Below are positions 34,814-45,668 of a DNA stretch of 64,000 nt, piece by piece. The notes below the pieces were generated by a model. That model had not been told where the DNA came from. It ran no database searches and saw only the letters and a list, made by a program, of their open reading frames with translations. The position numbers and the translations under genes were made by a program. The DNA is from Anthoceros angustus (lineage: Eukaryota; Plantae; Anthocerotophyta), in assembly GCA_010909165.1 (NCBI GenBank), contig MU008166.1:682001-746000 (forward strand), read 5' to 3'. Within the stretch, counting starts at the first letter, position 1. The number at the start of each line of letters is the position of its first letter.

Positions 34814-36065
34814 CAGGCCGGTGGCGGTGCTGATGGTGGCGCACGGGCTGCATCACGGGGCGGGAACGTTCTGGGATGCTGCTCCCGGCTGTCAGATCTG
34901 CTCGCCGCTGCCGGAGGAGAGGCTGGTGACCAAGGCGGCTCTGGCGCGGGGGTACGCTGTTGTCACCGTCCAGGGAGGGAGCAAGGATAGGGGATGGAAT
35001 TTGGAGACGGATTTGGAGATCAATCCCGACTTTCTGCGGGTGTTGGAGTTCCTGCGGCAGTGGAGGAGAGACCACGGGTTGGAGAGTCTTCCCCTCCTCG
35101 CTTTTGGATTGTCGAGGGGAAGGGATTTCGTGTCGGTGTTGGCCTTGGGGATGAGATTGTCCGGCGTTGTGCTTATGGTGAGCCCCGGGCTGGAGGCAGC
35201 CGTTGACCTGGCCGCGGTCCGATCTGCGGCTGGTTTGAGGATTTGGCCTTATCCTCCCACGCTCTTTGTTCACGTAAGTGCACCGATTTGTTGCAATGCA
35301 GCTCTGTTCCATAGCAATCTTGATTCTTCTTGGTGTGGAATCGGATAGGTGGACGAAAGAATCGGTCAGATTTGTAGGTCTTGATCAATTGCTGGCTCAA
35401 TGGCTGCAGATGCCGAAAGACAGTGTCACCGACCAAGCCGTGCAACGCCAGATGGCTTCTTTGTCCGCCAAGGGTCTCGGGACGGGCGAGCTTAGGTGCT
35501 ATGCCTTCCCCGTGTATGAATCCTTGTTTTCGGACCGGATTCCGGGGCTGGACTGGAACGTGTCTTTCGCAATTTTTGAGGCTCTGAAAGCAGAGGGATA
35601 CCTCACGCCAGATGGCTTCTTGAATCAGCCAGATCCGGTGGACTGGGAAACCTATGGGGACTGGGATTGGAATGCGGTGGTGCAGTCTTTGAAGCAGGTG
35701 GAAATTCCCCAAGATAATGGGACCGACTCCCAGGTCTGGATAGAGGCAGTGGCCGAGGAGCTCAGTCTTAGTTATGGCTTCCACTCCTGTTCCAGCCTGC
35801 CATCCGTCGAGATCATGGACTGGCTTGACAGGACATGGAGGCACTCTGAGCATGCCTGGAAACGCCGAGTCTGATCTCGACAACTTTAGTCACAGCCGAT
35901 CAGATGCTTAGCAAGCTCCTATATATCTAAGCATTTCAACATAAGGACGAATTCCTGATTTCTCAATTGGTCACGGCAGCTGAGGTAGAGTTGCTTCCTG
36001 CAGTCTTCATTCGAGTGGACATATATTTGTCACAGCAAGAGGTACAGGAATATCCACAGAGGATG
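34814..36065 (+). pseudogene. Tandem duplicate of about 1.25 kb covering 33557-34813 (5'-truncated hydrolase copy)
   Basis: Near-identical sequence from caggccggtggcggtgctg to atccacagaggatgc; lacks the start codon and signal peptide; GLSRGR in place of GLSRGG; small indels. Confidence 0.85.
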
Positions 36066-36214
36066 CGGGCCGGAACAAAAACTATGGTGGCGACAGTATG
36101 CAAAAGCTTACAACTGCCTGACATTGCAACTCAAATCCTCAAGCTCGACATCTCCAGGGAACGGTACTATATATCCTCTAGTACATCTAGCAGTCTACAC
36201 GCTGCCGTCATCGA

Positions 36215-37192
36215 TCACAGGCAATGTGGTATCTTAAACTCAAAATTGGCATTAGCAAAGTCCGCAGACTGCCTCTGAGCTGCTTCCTTGGACGCCAATG
36301 CAGCAGTGAAGTGGGACACCACCTGGCGGGTGGTGTAGTGGAAGGAGCTGCTGCCAGCGCTGAGCGAGTTGAGGTAGGCCGCCGTCCCCTGCCGTGCAAG
36401 TTGTCGGAACCCGTTGTCGGACTTGTCCTGCAGGGCATCAATCAAGGTGAGCCCATTTCCGAAGACGGGCACAGCGCTGGTCCCGAACACTTGCGCGAGA
36501 GTCGAGGCGCCTGAAGTGAGGGAGGCAACTTGGGAGTCGTTTGATTCCCACCACCTGAACATATCACGACTCACAACGTCACGACGCAATACAGGTACAA
36601 CTTTACTCTCGACGACATAGGTCTTCACATATTCGAGATCCACGACAACGGCAGAAACTGACGACACAAGGCTGGCCCTTGTCGGAGCATGTGGATGCGG
36701 TCTCTTACTCGCATGTTCCTGCGCAGTTCTTCCCTCGGCCTCCGCGGCCGCCTCCGCCTCCAGGAATGAGGCCGCCGGGTCCAGACCCACCGCCTCCAGG
36801 AATGAGGCCGCCGGGTCCAGACCCGCCGCCTCCAGGAACGAGGCCGCCTGGCCCAGACCCGCCGCCTCCAGGAATGAGGCCGCCCGGTCCAGACCCGCCG
36901 CCTCCAGGAACCAGACCGCCTGGCCCAGATCCACCGCCTCCAGGAACCAGGCCGCCTGGCCCAGATCCGCCGCCTCCAGGCACCAGGCCTCCCGACCCTG
37001 AGCCGCCGATGCCAGGGAAGTTCAGACCTCCTGCAGCAAACAACGAGCAGACGTTTCAGCAAAAGCAGGAAATGGAATCAGCCGATTGTTTGCAATGCAG
37101 TCCAGTGAGTGTGTTAATACGTGACCTGCGGGGTCAGGGTGAGCCTCCGACAGTCCAATGGCAGCGGCAATTGCAAGGACGAGGGCGCCCAT
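36215..37192 (-). CDS. Protodermal factor 1 / Meiosis-5-like secreted protein with a Gly-rich repeat; exons 37192-37126, 37030-36709 and 36554-36215
   Basis: Signal peptide MGALVLAIAAAIGLSEAH; about 7 x GGGGSGPGGL(V/I)P (36 bp); GTC-EWW..TLIDAL..RQGTAAYLNS..YTTRQVVSHFTAALASKEAAQRQSADFANAN matches the PDF1 C-terminal domain; exons sum to 729 nt. Confidence 0.8.
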
Positions 37193-37569
37193 GAAGAGCA
37201 AAGGAGCCCGAGTGGCAGTCTCGATTGCCGACGTCCGGGCTAGGGGGCCATCGTGAAGGCCCGAGGGAGCCATGGAACGGGAGGGGGAGGTGCAGAGGCA
37301 GGCAGGGGGGGTGAAGCTGGAGAGAGGCAGGAAGGAGAACATGTGAGATCCGGGAGATGGCCGAGGCTTTGTGAAGATTGGATTTAACATAGGTGTGGGG
37401 AAGCGGTTGCAGAGCACCCGTGTACTGCGGCATTAAAGAGAAACGATGGTGGTTCTGTTCCAGGCTCCAGCTACCCCGTCCTGGCTGCCATTTGAAGCAC
37501 GGTGGCTCACATGGCTCATCTCACCGGTACTAAACTGCCTTGAATGCAGCAATTAGTGTTCCCGCGCCA

Positions 37570-38850
37570 CAATCTTCCTCAAATCTGAAGGCCGTGAGTG
37601 TACCACAACACATCGGTAAATGCACATATATCTACTACATAACCTTGCATATCAAATAATTTTCGAATTTGGGGGTAAGTGATCTTTGTCTCCAAATCTT
37701 TTTGGATTGTACATTGACAAGCTTGAAAAATGGTTTCTCCAAATCTTTTTGGATTGTACATTGACGAGCTTGAAAAATGGTTTCTATTATCTAGTGTTCT
37801 TGGTGATGGCTTGTTCTTCGCAAGTATTCTTATCCTTTTATATGCAGATGATATTTGTACTTTTTTCGCATTCCCTGGAAGGCTTGCAGCAGCAACTCAA
37901 CATGCTTTCTAGTTTTTGTAAAGCCAAGGGTCTCATTGTCAATCTGCGCAAGACCAAGATCATGTGATTCAACTCTAAAGATTACAAGGGTGATTGCGAA
38001 TTCTATCAAGATGGTCAATAGGTGGAGATGGTCCGCTCCTATACGTACCTAGGTGTTACGATTTTTGGTTCGAAGTTTAATTATACTTTTTCTGCCTCTT
38101 CCCGTGCTACCAAGGGGATGGGTGCTGCTGGTGCTCTGCGCCGGGCTATATACAGGATGAGTATTCAGGATATCAACCTCCGGAAGCAGCTTTTCAACAC
38201 ACTGGTCATACCCTCCACTATTTATGGTGCTGAGGGTTTAGGGCCCAGGTCTTTCCTCTTCCTCTTGGGCTAAAGTGGAAAAAGTACAAACCTCCTTTCT
38301 CCTTGCTCACAGTGCCTGTAAGTATTCGACCCCCTTACTTATCCTCCTTTCTGAATTTGCTAACTTCTCCTTGAACTTGATGGCCTATTTCGCCTCTCTT
38401 GTTTCCTTTACCGCCTCCTCCTCCTTGACCCTTTCCCCTCACCCCCTCTACCATCTCCTTACCTACAGGTCTTCCCGCTCCCTTGGGCTCAATACTGATT
38501 CCCAAGCTTCTTTTTCTTGGCTCTCCCAAGCTGCTGCATGGCTTAAACGGCTTGACTTTGCACCCCTTAGGCTCCCGACTTGGCCAACTCCCCATTCCCC
38601 CCTCCTTCTTTCTCATCTCCCTCCCAACCACCTCATCCGGCGGGACCTTCAATTAAAATACCTTCGTCTTACTTGGTTCCCCCTTTCATTTGCCCCTCCC
38701 CTAACGTCCAAACTCCTTTTCTACAAGGAGGAGTTCCGTATCAATCCCCCCTCTGGTTTCCCTACCCTATCACGTTACCTTAGTTCCCCTCTCTCCTTCA
38801 AGCTCCACACTCTCATTGGTCAATTCCGTGTTAGCTCCATCTTGGAGGGC
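37570..38850 (+). mobile_element. 5'-truncated, degenerate LINE (RT C-terminal half, RTE-like)
   Basis: SPNLFGLYID; LLYADD (tatgcagatgat about 37841); GLQQQLNMLSSFCKAKGLIVNLRKTKIM; VRSYTYLGV; internal 44-bp duplication at about 37686-37760; frameshifts. Confidence 0.8.
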
Positions 38851-39649
38851 CCTAGTGGGTGGGAAGGCAGAAAAAATACAGTGACAAGGTAACGCCTCTT
38901 GTGCTTCTGCCACGTGGTCCTAGAGGGCATGGTGACATTCCGCTCCAGTATGCATCCTGTGTTGTAGCACTTTATTCACTTGCTTGTTGTGGCCGGCTCC
39001 CAAGTGGGTCTTCATAAAGAGTGCGGGAAGAACAAAAGATTCATCCGGATTCGGGCATACGTCCATATGGGAGTGTGCTAATACGGGGTGTCTAATGTGT
39101 GTTATTGAGAACCGGCGAAGGACAAGCCAATCATGTGTATGCATATGTGTTGAGATGAGCATCGCTTTCGGTGCGGGGGAAGTCATCAAGCGAGCCAAGG
39201 TCCTAGTGTCTGAGGTAGGAGGGGTAGTTTGCTTCATTGAGTGTTACCCTCCTGCCATACAACCAACCCAGAGACAGCTGGAGTTTTTGTTGAGGGGGCC
39301 GAACTTACAGCAGTAATGCTAGATGTGGAATTCGAGGCAGGGCCACATCCTGTGACTCTAATGATGGCACAGGTAGCTAAGTAATCATGTTACTTTAAAT
39401 GCCGAAGGTAGGCCCGGGGGCTAGTTTTAGGTTATCAAGTGAACTTTATTGTTTGTTGTTGATGTTAGTACTTGAATGCCGAATTTCATATGTCTTCAGG
39501 TTCGTTGAACATATTTCATCTCTGGTCTAACATCACTAGCAAATACAAGGACCTAAATATAAAACCATATGTATTATTAACATTGTTCAAAGCATGGGCA
39601 CATGCCTATTTGGAGGGGAGAGACTCCTTCTCGGATCTCTCAAGTGTTG

Positions 39650-41760
39650 GGTGCGAGCAGGTTGCTGGAGATGGAGAAGTCCACCCCAGGGGTGCGCCCT
39701 ATCGTTATCGGGGAGGCTTATTGGCCGTAGTATTACCATCCAGCTCCGGGAGCAGTTCTAGGCTCATCTTAGTCCCCACCAGATTGGTATTGCTACTCCA
39801 GCGGGTCGCGATTTTGTGTGGGGTGAAGACTGTTTTGGAGATCCATTCGGATTGGGTTCCGATTCAGGTTGACGTTGAGAATGCTTTCAACACTGTCTCC
39901 AGAGTGCTTATCTTCGACGAGCTCAAGAATGCTAGTATCCCCTTTATCCCCTTTATCCGCTCTTTCTATGGGTCCCCCTCCAATCTCTACTATCAATATG
40001 ACCGAGCAGTGGAGGGGTTTGTGTGTTGGACTCGGCGACGGGCACAAGGCAGGGTGACCCTTTAGGGGGGCCACTCTTCACTATGGTGCATTTCAGAGAG
40101 TTGTTCCTAATGGCCTGGAGCCAATGTATGGGAATGTCTATATCCGTTAGTGGTTGACGATTCCCATATCGTGGGGCTTGGGACAAGGTGAAGAAGGCCT
40201 TTGAAATCTTCTCCTTGGAGCTCTCCCAGCTTGGCTTCAAGGTCAAGATCATAAAATGCAAGGTCTAATCTCCTTCGAGTGCTCTGCCTCCTCTTCAATA
40301 TTTGGAGGGGGTTATTGTTTCTGCACGGGGGCTTCGAATTCTTGGTGTCCTGGTGGGGCCCTCGGCTTTCATACAGAAGTACATAGACGCGACGCTGAGG
40401 GAGGATTTGGCTCACATTGAAGACTTGTCTCAGTTAGGGGACTTCTAGGTGGCATTTGGGATCCTCTCTTTCTGCTTTGTGTATCGGCCGAGATACCTTC
40501 TACGTACAATTGCTCCTTCTTCGGCTTTCTTTTCCTACTTGGGAGCCTTCGACAGGCAAATTTTAAAGGCTTTGGGCGACATCATTGGCCCGGGCATTTT
40601 CAAGTGCACCGTTGAGCTTTGGCTTTTTTAGGGAGTTGGGCCCTCTCTGCCCCCATCCTAGCCTCCCGATTCTTAATTCAGGACTCGTGCATTTTGGAGG
40701 CATTCAACTTGGGGGTTGAAGAGGGGGTATTTCCCCTGTAGGCGTCCTTAAGGGCGGCTAGGGGATCTCTATCCTTTGAGGCTAGGGCCACCATGCCTCT
40801 TTTCTCCTCCCGCCCCGGGGTTGGGATGAAGGGGCTTTAAGAGTTGCTCTTTGAGAAGCATTATGGGTAGGCGTAGCTAGGCCTTTTTTGGGATTCTTCT
40901 ATTCCTAAGCCCATTCGTGCTCGACTTCACTCTTGCTCGGGGAAGGGAGTAGGTTCCTGGCTTCTGGCTCGTCCCAGTATCCAGACATTTTGCATTGCAC
41001 CAGCAACCTTTTCTACCGCAATGCATTTTCGCTTAGGTCTGATCCAACCTTTGGCCTATTCTCTCTCTGCTTGCAGCTGTGGGGCTTCCCTCAATGACCA
41101 TGGGGCCTATTTGGCCAGCCGTCTCGTTGGCCGGCAACGCATTGCTACGCATGATGCCATCCGGGATGTCATGTTCTCAGTGGCCAACGAGGGCGGCTTT
41201 TTTCCCTACAGGGAGTGTCCTACATCTTTCTCAATGGTGTGTCTCTCAAGGCTGACCTTTTCTTGACCCGAAGGGACCAGGTTTCTGTCGCTGATGTGGT
41301 TGTAACGGACCCCATCTGGGATAGTGTCTGTGAGCACGTTATCCTCAACCCCCCTGGTTGGACGGCGGAATGTTGTATGATGGCCAAGGTCCACAAGTAC
41401 TCTCCTGTGCAGAATGACCACACTTTTATCCCCCTCACCATCAAGACTCATGGGGCCATGGGTCGGGACTTCTCGAAGTTCCTCAAGGCTTGTACTAAGG
41501 CTTACCACGATCACAAGAATGGGGTTCGTCTCCCCCTTTCTTGTATTGTATCTTTCTTCAGGTAATGGGTGTCCATTGTCCTGCAGAGGGCATTGGCGAA
41601 CGCGGTGTACAGGACAGCGACTAGCGCAGGGGAGGAGGCTTCTTCGGTAGCGGTGGTAGGTAGGCCCCCTTGGCCTAGTGCCCTTGGTTGGGTTGATCCG
41701 TGCCCGGTGTGGCCACTTCCTAGAATTGGCACGGGCCTCACGGTTCTCGGTAACCCAAGC
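39650..41760 (+). mobile_element. Degenerate non-LTR retrotransposon with RT, zinc knuckle and restriction-like endonuclease (CRE-like)
   Basis: DVENAFNTVSR; cagggtgaccctttagggggg (QGDPLG); CSCGASLNDHG; RIATHDAIRD; ADLFL..VADVVVTDP; KVHKY; FIPLTIKTHGAMG; SIVLQRALA; many stops and frameshifts. Confidence 0.75.
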
Positions 41761-42685
41761 TTATCTTCTCGTCTCAAGAGAGAGAACTGGCATACCCTTC
41801 TCCTGTCTCTCTACGTGAGACAAAAGGTCGCATGGGAGGCACAAGGCAAAAGGTCAGTAGGTAGGGCAACATAGACGACGCTGGGCGAATGGGAGGGCAC
41901 CATGTGTGAGTATGCATTGCGTGTAGTGGTAAGAGCGTAGGTGGGCGAGGTGCAGCCGGTAGACCTTAAACCCAACTGTGGGTTACATTTGTAAGAATCG
42001 CTTCACAGGAGCTCCAATCTCCAATCTCTTGTGAAGGATGGTGAAGATCCTTTGGAGTGAACTAGGGCAATCCAGAGTTTTTGGCCATGGTCATCGCAAA
42101 GCAATGTTGTTTGAGTAGCATGAACATGTGGTTCAATGCTGCAAGCCGAGGTGTGGAAAATCAGGCCCAACCGCCCGGGTCGGCCATCGGCCTTTCCGAA
42201 ACTTCACAAACGATGCGGTAGATTTACTTACTTCCATTGAAGTTGGATGGGGGCAAGATTGATATCATTGGGAAGAGCGTGAGAGATTGAGGCATATATG
42301 AATTTCTCAAGGTTTTTGAGGTAGCATCGACGTGAGAACAAATGGAAGAGTTTCGGTGTCGATTTATGTGGAAACTAGCTCCGAGACCCCCGGTCATTCT
42401 GGGGTTAACAGTACGTACTGGTCTGTACATAGAACTGGGACTCTAAACTGGGAGTGTTGGCCCTAAAACGTTTCCCGAGGTAGCTCTTTTCGCTGTTGCA
42501 CGCTTTCTTGTGTTCGTGTCGTTACGTGCGTTCTCCTTGTTCGCGCTGCATTATTTGGTCCTGCTGGTGAGATTTTACCTTCTCAAGCTGGTTTCAATGT
42601 AAAAAATTTTCGCTTTTGCAGTGAATGGTACTCATTCCGCGCGTTGTGGTTTGGATGTTTGGTCTCGTGCAGTATTCTGTAAGCC

Positions 42686-42883
42686 ATGGATTCGTCTGTG
42701 AAGCTGGCGGTCGTGGTTAAGGTGATTGGGCGCACGGGTTCCAGGGGGCAGGTCACCCAGGTGCGTGTAAAGTTTCTGGATGACCAGAACCGGCTGATTA
42801 TGAGAAACGTGAAGGGGCCGGTCCGAGAAGGTGATATTCTGACTCTGCTTGAGTCGGAGAGGGAAGCAAGGAGGCTCCGGTGA
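42686..42883 (+). CDS. RPS28: 40S ribosomal protein S28 (eS28), copy 1
   Basis: [65 protein letters not shown]. Confidence 0.97.
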   Translation: MDSSVKLAVVVKVIGRTGSRGQVTQVRVKFLDDQNRLIMRNVKGPVREGDILTLLESEREARRLR

Positions 42884-43307
42884 TGCGGGGTGTCGGATGT
42901 GGAGGCTAGGGTTTTGGTACGCTTGCCGTTGCGAGCGGCAACAGTAATGGAGAGAAGGAGAAGTAGTCCATTTATTAATTGGTGATTGAAAGAGCACCTT
43001 CGGAGCTGGATATGGTGGTTAGGAGTTTTACAGGCAAGAGCCTGAGTCGTTGTGCAACACTTCGTTTCTTGAGTGTTATTTTTGTGGTTGCCTGGAAGGA
43101 CAGCCAGAGGAATTGAGGAATGTGACTTAGCAGCCTTGTTGCCTATCTAAGGCCTGACTTTGTGGTACGCGTCATCCTTGTTTCAAGATGATTGGGCCTT
43201 ACGGTGTCTCTGGGTTCAGCGGTTAGGGTTGGTTTCTTTTGAACTCCTTGACGCATGTCGTACTCTTAAGTAGGCAATGGAGGTTGGGTTAGTGGTGATC
43301 AGCAACT

Positions 43308-43380
43308 GGAGGTGATGGAACAAGCGGCTGCAACTTTCCTCTGAACAAGTGTATGGACATTATGAGGCTGCTTGTGATCC
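43308..43380 (+). ncRNA. Degenerate box C/D snoRNA paralogue
   Basis: Box C GTGATGG, D' CTGA, guide ATGAGGCTGCTT and box D GTGA (mutated); aligns with the copy at 52432-52505. Confidence 0.5.
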
Positions 43381-43471
43381 CGTTCTTTGTTCACCACCTC
43401 TGCTTAAGTCTACCAGGTGATTATGTGTTGACAGGTTTGTGTAGAATCACATTAAATTGTTGGGCTTCAAC

Positions 43472-43544
43472 TGGAAGTGATGAAACAAAACACTTAACTC
43501 CACTGAAATACTCATGTGGACCTCATGAGGCTGTTTCTGATCCA
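43472..43544 (+). ncRNA. Box C/D snoRNA (snoR33/SNORD95-like guide for LSU rRNA)
   Basis: TGGA-A-GTGATGA..CTGA(D')..ATGTGGA(C')..GAGGCTGTTT-CTGA(D)-TCCA with a 4-bp terminal stem; the D guide pairs with the LSU segment GAACAGCCUC. Confidence 0.75.
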
Positions 43545-43841
43545 TTGATTGAGGTGACTTTCTGTACAACCTGGCTTCTTTATTGAATCAGTTGAATCTA
43601 CACAGTATGGAGTGACTGTCTTAAAGGCTTGTTAAGCTGGTACGAAAAACGTAGCAGTGATGTCTGGCTCCATTTGTTATGTGAATCATCAGTATTTCAA
43701 CCACTCCCTTGTGAGGTCAGGTCAGGTGGGACGACAGGAGGTGCGACGGTATCTTACCTTGCCTCCTCTGGTTACGGCATGTAAATTGCAGCGGCGAGCT
43801 TCCTTTGAAACTTTCAACTAAACTCGACCTGCGCATGGGTA

Positions 43842-45668
43842 TCAGGAGGTGGCATGCCCTCGTTCAGTCCACTGAGCGACAAGTACTTTGCGCCATTTGC
43901 CAGGGAAGACCTCTTGATTTACCACCCTCACTGTATCTTTCACCTTCTCAAAGAGAGAAGCCAGGTCTTGAACACCAAGGGCAGTTAAATCTAGATGTCT
44001 TGAGAATTTAGCATGATACACATCTAGAAAGCCAGGCACTAGGAGTTTCAAGTTATGGCTCACAAGAAGCTCTTGCAGCTCCATCTTGAAAAACTGAAGC
44101 CTAACGTTGAAAGCGTGCTCCTTTGCCTTCATTGCTACTAGCAACTGCCCTGCGTTCTCCAGCCCGTAATTCAGTTTCACAGCATCTGGGTCGACGTCAG
44201 GCAGTGGAGTAGGTTTCCTTGTCTGCGGTGCATCCTGTGCTGTACCTTGAACATCCTCTACGTCGTCCTCACCTGCTGCGTCCACATCCTCGGGCTCACT
44301 TGCATTCCTATCAGCAGTATCTCGTGCATTCCTATCATCAGGATCTCTTTTATCCCTATCAGCAATATCTCGTGCAGTCCCATCATCAGGATCTATTTCA
44401 TTCCTATCATCAACATCTCTTGCATACTTATCATCCATTTGTTCTTCTGCATATGCTTCAGCTGCCAGTGTCGATTCTAAGTCGAGTTCTTCATTTGGTC
44501 CAGTATTTTGACACTCTGAATCTGCGTCGGCTTGCAAGACTGCTTTCACTTTTCCTCGATAACCCATGGTTCCATCCTTCACTAGATACACAGTTCTGCT
44601 CTGACCCCGCCCCTCCACTCGTAGAACATCCGGCATCTTCCCGAGGAGGTCAGCCAGGTTAGGGCTGTTATAATCGTCCAGAAGCAGTCTTCTTCTGAAG
44701 ACCTTCCAATAGGCCCCAGGGACGTTCGGAAAAGCGAGCTTCCCACCATGCAAAGCCAGAAGCTTTTGTAGTTCCACTTTCAGGATCTCAAGATCTCTCG
44801 GCTCACTCCTGACAGCAGAAGCTCCTGTCTCTTGACCATCTTCCTGACGCGTAGTGGAAGACACAAAGTCACCACCAGCGGTTGGTGTCTTCCTTCCGCA
44901 AGCCACCAGCGGCTCAGCATCAACCAAGGAGGCCGACATCGTAGAGGACTGCATATCATCGATGGTAACTTCTGGACAGAAACCCGTTTCCGTAATGGCT
45001 ACAGGATCAACATCCTCAGCAGCCTCCTCGATCGTGATCCCGATAGGCTTCAACCTGACTTTCATCTTGTCCTCTCGAGGGACATTCATAGGCAATGCAA
45101 CAGGATGTCCTTTTGCAAGCATGGGCCAGGCAAACACAAACTCAGCTGCTTGGTTAAGGGGAGCTGGAAGGGATCCTATGGGTGCGGCCACAAGCACACG
45201 GTATCCCCTGTGCTTCAACTTGTGCAGTGCATGGGCAAAATCAGAATCCCCTGATATCAAGAGGATGGTTGCGGGAGTTGGGTTGTCCATGGCGAACAGG
45301 AACATGTCAGACAGAATAGCCTTGTCAGCAGCGTCCTTCCTCCCCGTCGGGACATCAATGAGATTCACACCACTTCGCTGATATCCCTCTCTGTTCCTGT
45401 AGGACATGCGGGTGGTGTCACCATAAGCTGAGAACGTAGTCACAGGACCCAGCACAGAGTGCAGGTGCAAGGCCCTCAAAATGTTCGTAGCCACAACTCC
45501 AGGAAGCACATCACTCGGAACGCGACAATTCTCGATGTCCCACAGGATGGCCACTGGCTCTTCGAACCCGTGTGCTCGGAGCAGAGATGCCGGATACTGT
45601 TGGATCACTTGGGCCTCCGTGGTCCACTGCCCATAACGGGGCCCATAACGGGGCCCATAACGTGCCAT
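43842..45668 (-). CDS. NYN-domain ribonuclease with LOTUS/OST-HTH domains (MARF1/limkain-b1-like), intronless, 608 aa
   Basis: AILWDIENC..SAYGD..KDAADKAILSDM..LLISGDSDFAHALHKLKHRGY; two helical LOTUS-like blocks (LKVELQKLL..Y..F.R.L; FKMELQELL..Y..KF.R.L); central acidic D/R repeat. Confidence 0.88.
   Translation of the reverse strand: MARYGPRYGPRYGQWTTEAQVIQQYPASLLRAHGFEEPVAILWDIENCRVPSDVLPGVVATNILRALHLHSVLGPVTTFSAYGDTTRMSYRNREGYQRSGVNLIDVPTGRKDAADKAILSDMFLFAMDNPTPATILLISGDSDFAHALHKLKHRGYRVLVAAPIGSLPAPLNQAAEFVFAWPMLAKGHPVALPMNVPREDKMKVRLKPIGITIEEAAEDVDPVAITETGFCPEVTIDDMQSSTMSASLVDAEPLVACGRKTPTAGGDFVSSTTRQEDGQETGASAVRSEPRDLEILKVELQKLLALHGGKLAFPNVPGAYWKVFRRRLLLDDYNSPNLADLLGKMPDVLRVEGRGQSRTVYLVKDGTMGYRGKVKAVLQADADSECQNTGPNEELDLESTLAAEAYAEEQMDDKYARDVDDRNEIDPDDGTARDIADRDKRDPDDRNARDTADRNASEPEDVDAAGEDDVEDVQGTAQDAPQTRKPTPLPDVDPDAVKLNYGLENAGQLLVAMKAKEHAFNVRLQFFKMELQELLVSHNLKLLVPGFLDVYHAKFSRHLDLTALGVQDLASLFEKVKDTVRVVNQEVFPGKWRKVLVAQWTERGHATS

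Noticed and set aside
36679-37194. Extensin-like Pro-rich ORF on the plus strand
   Set aside because: Complement of the Gly-rich exon; the signal peptide, splice sites and PDF1 domain are all on the minus strand.
43655-43720. Another snoRNA candidate (GTGATGT..) after the plus-strand snoRNA
   Set aside because: No terminal CTGA box or closing stem.
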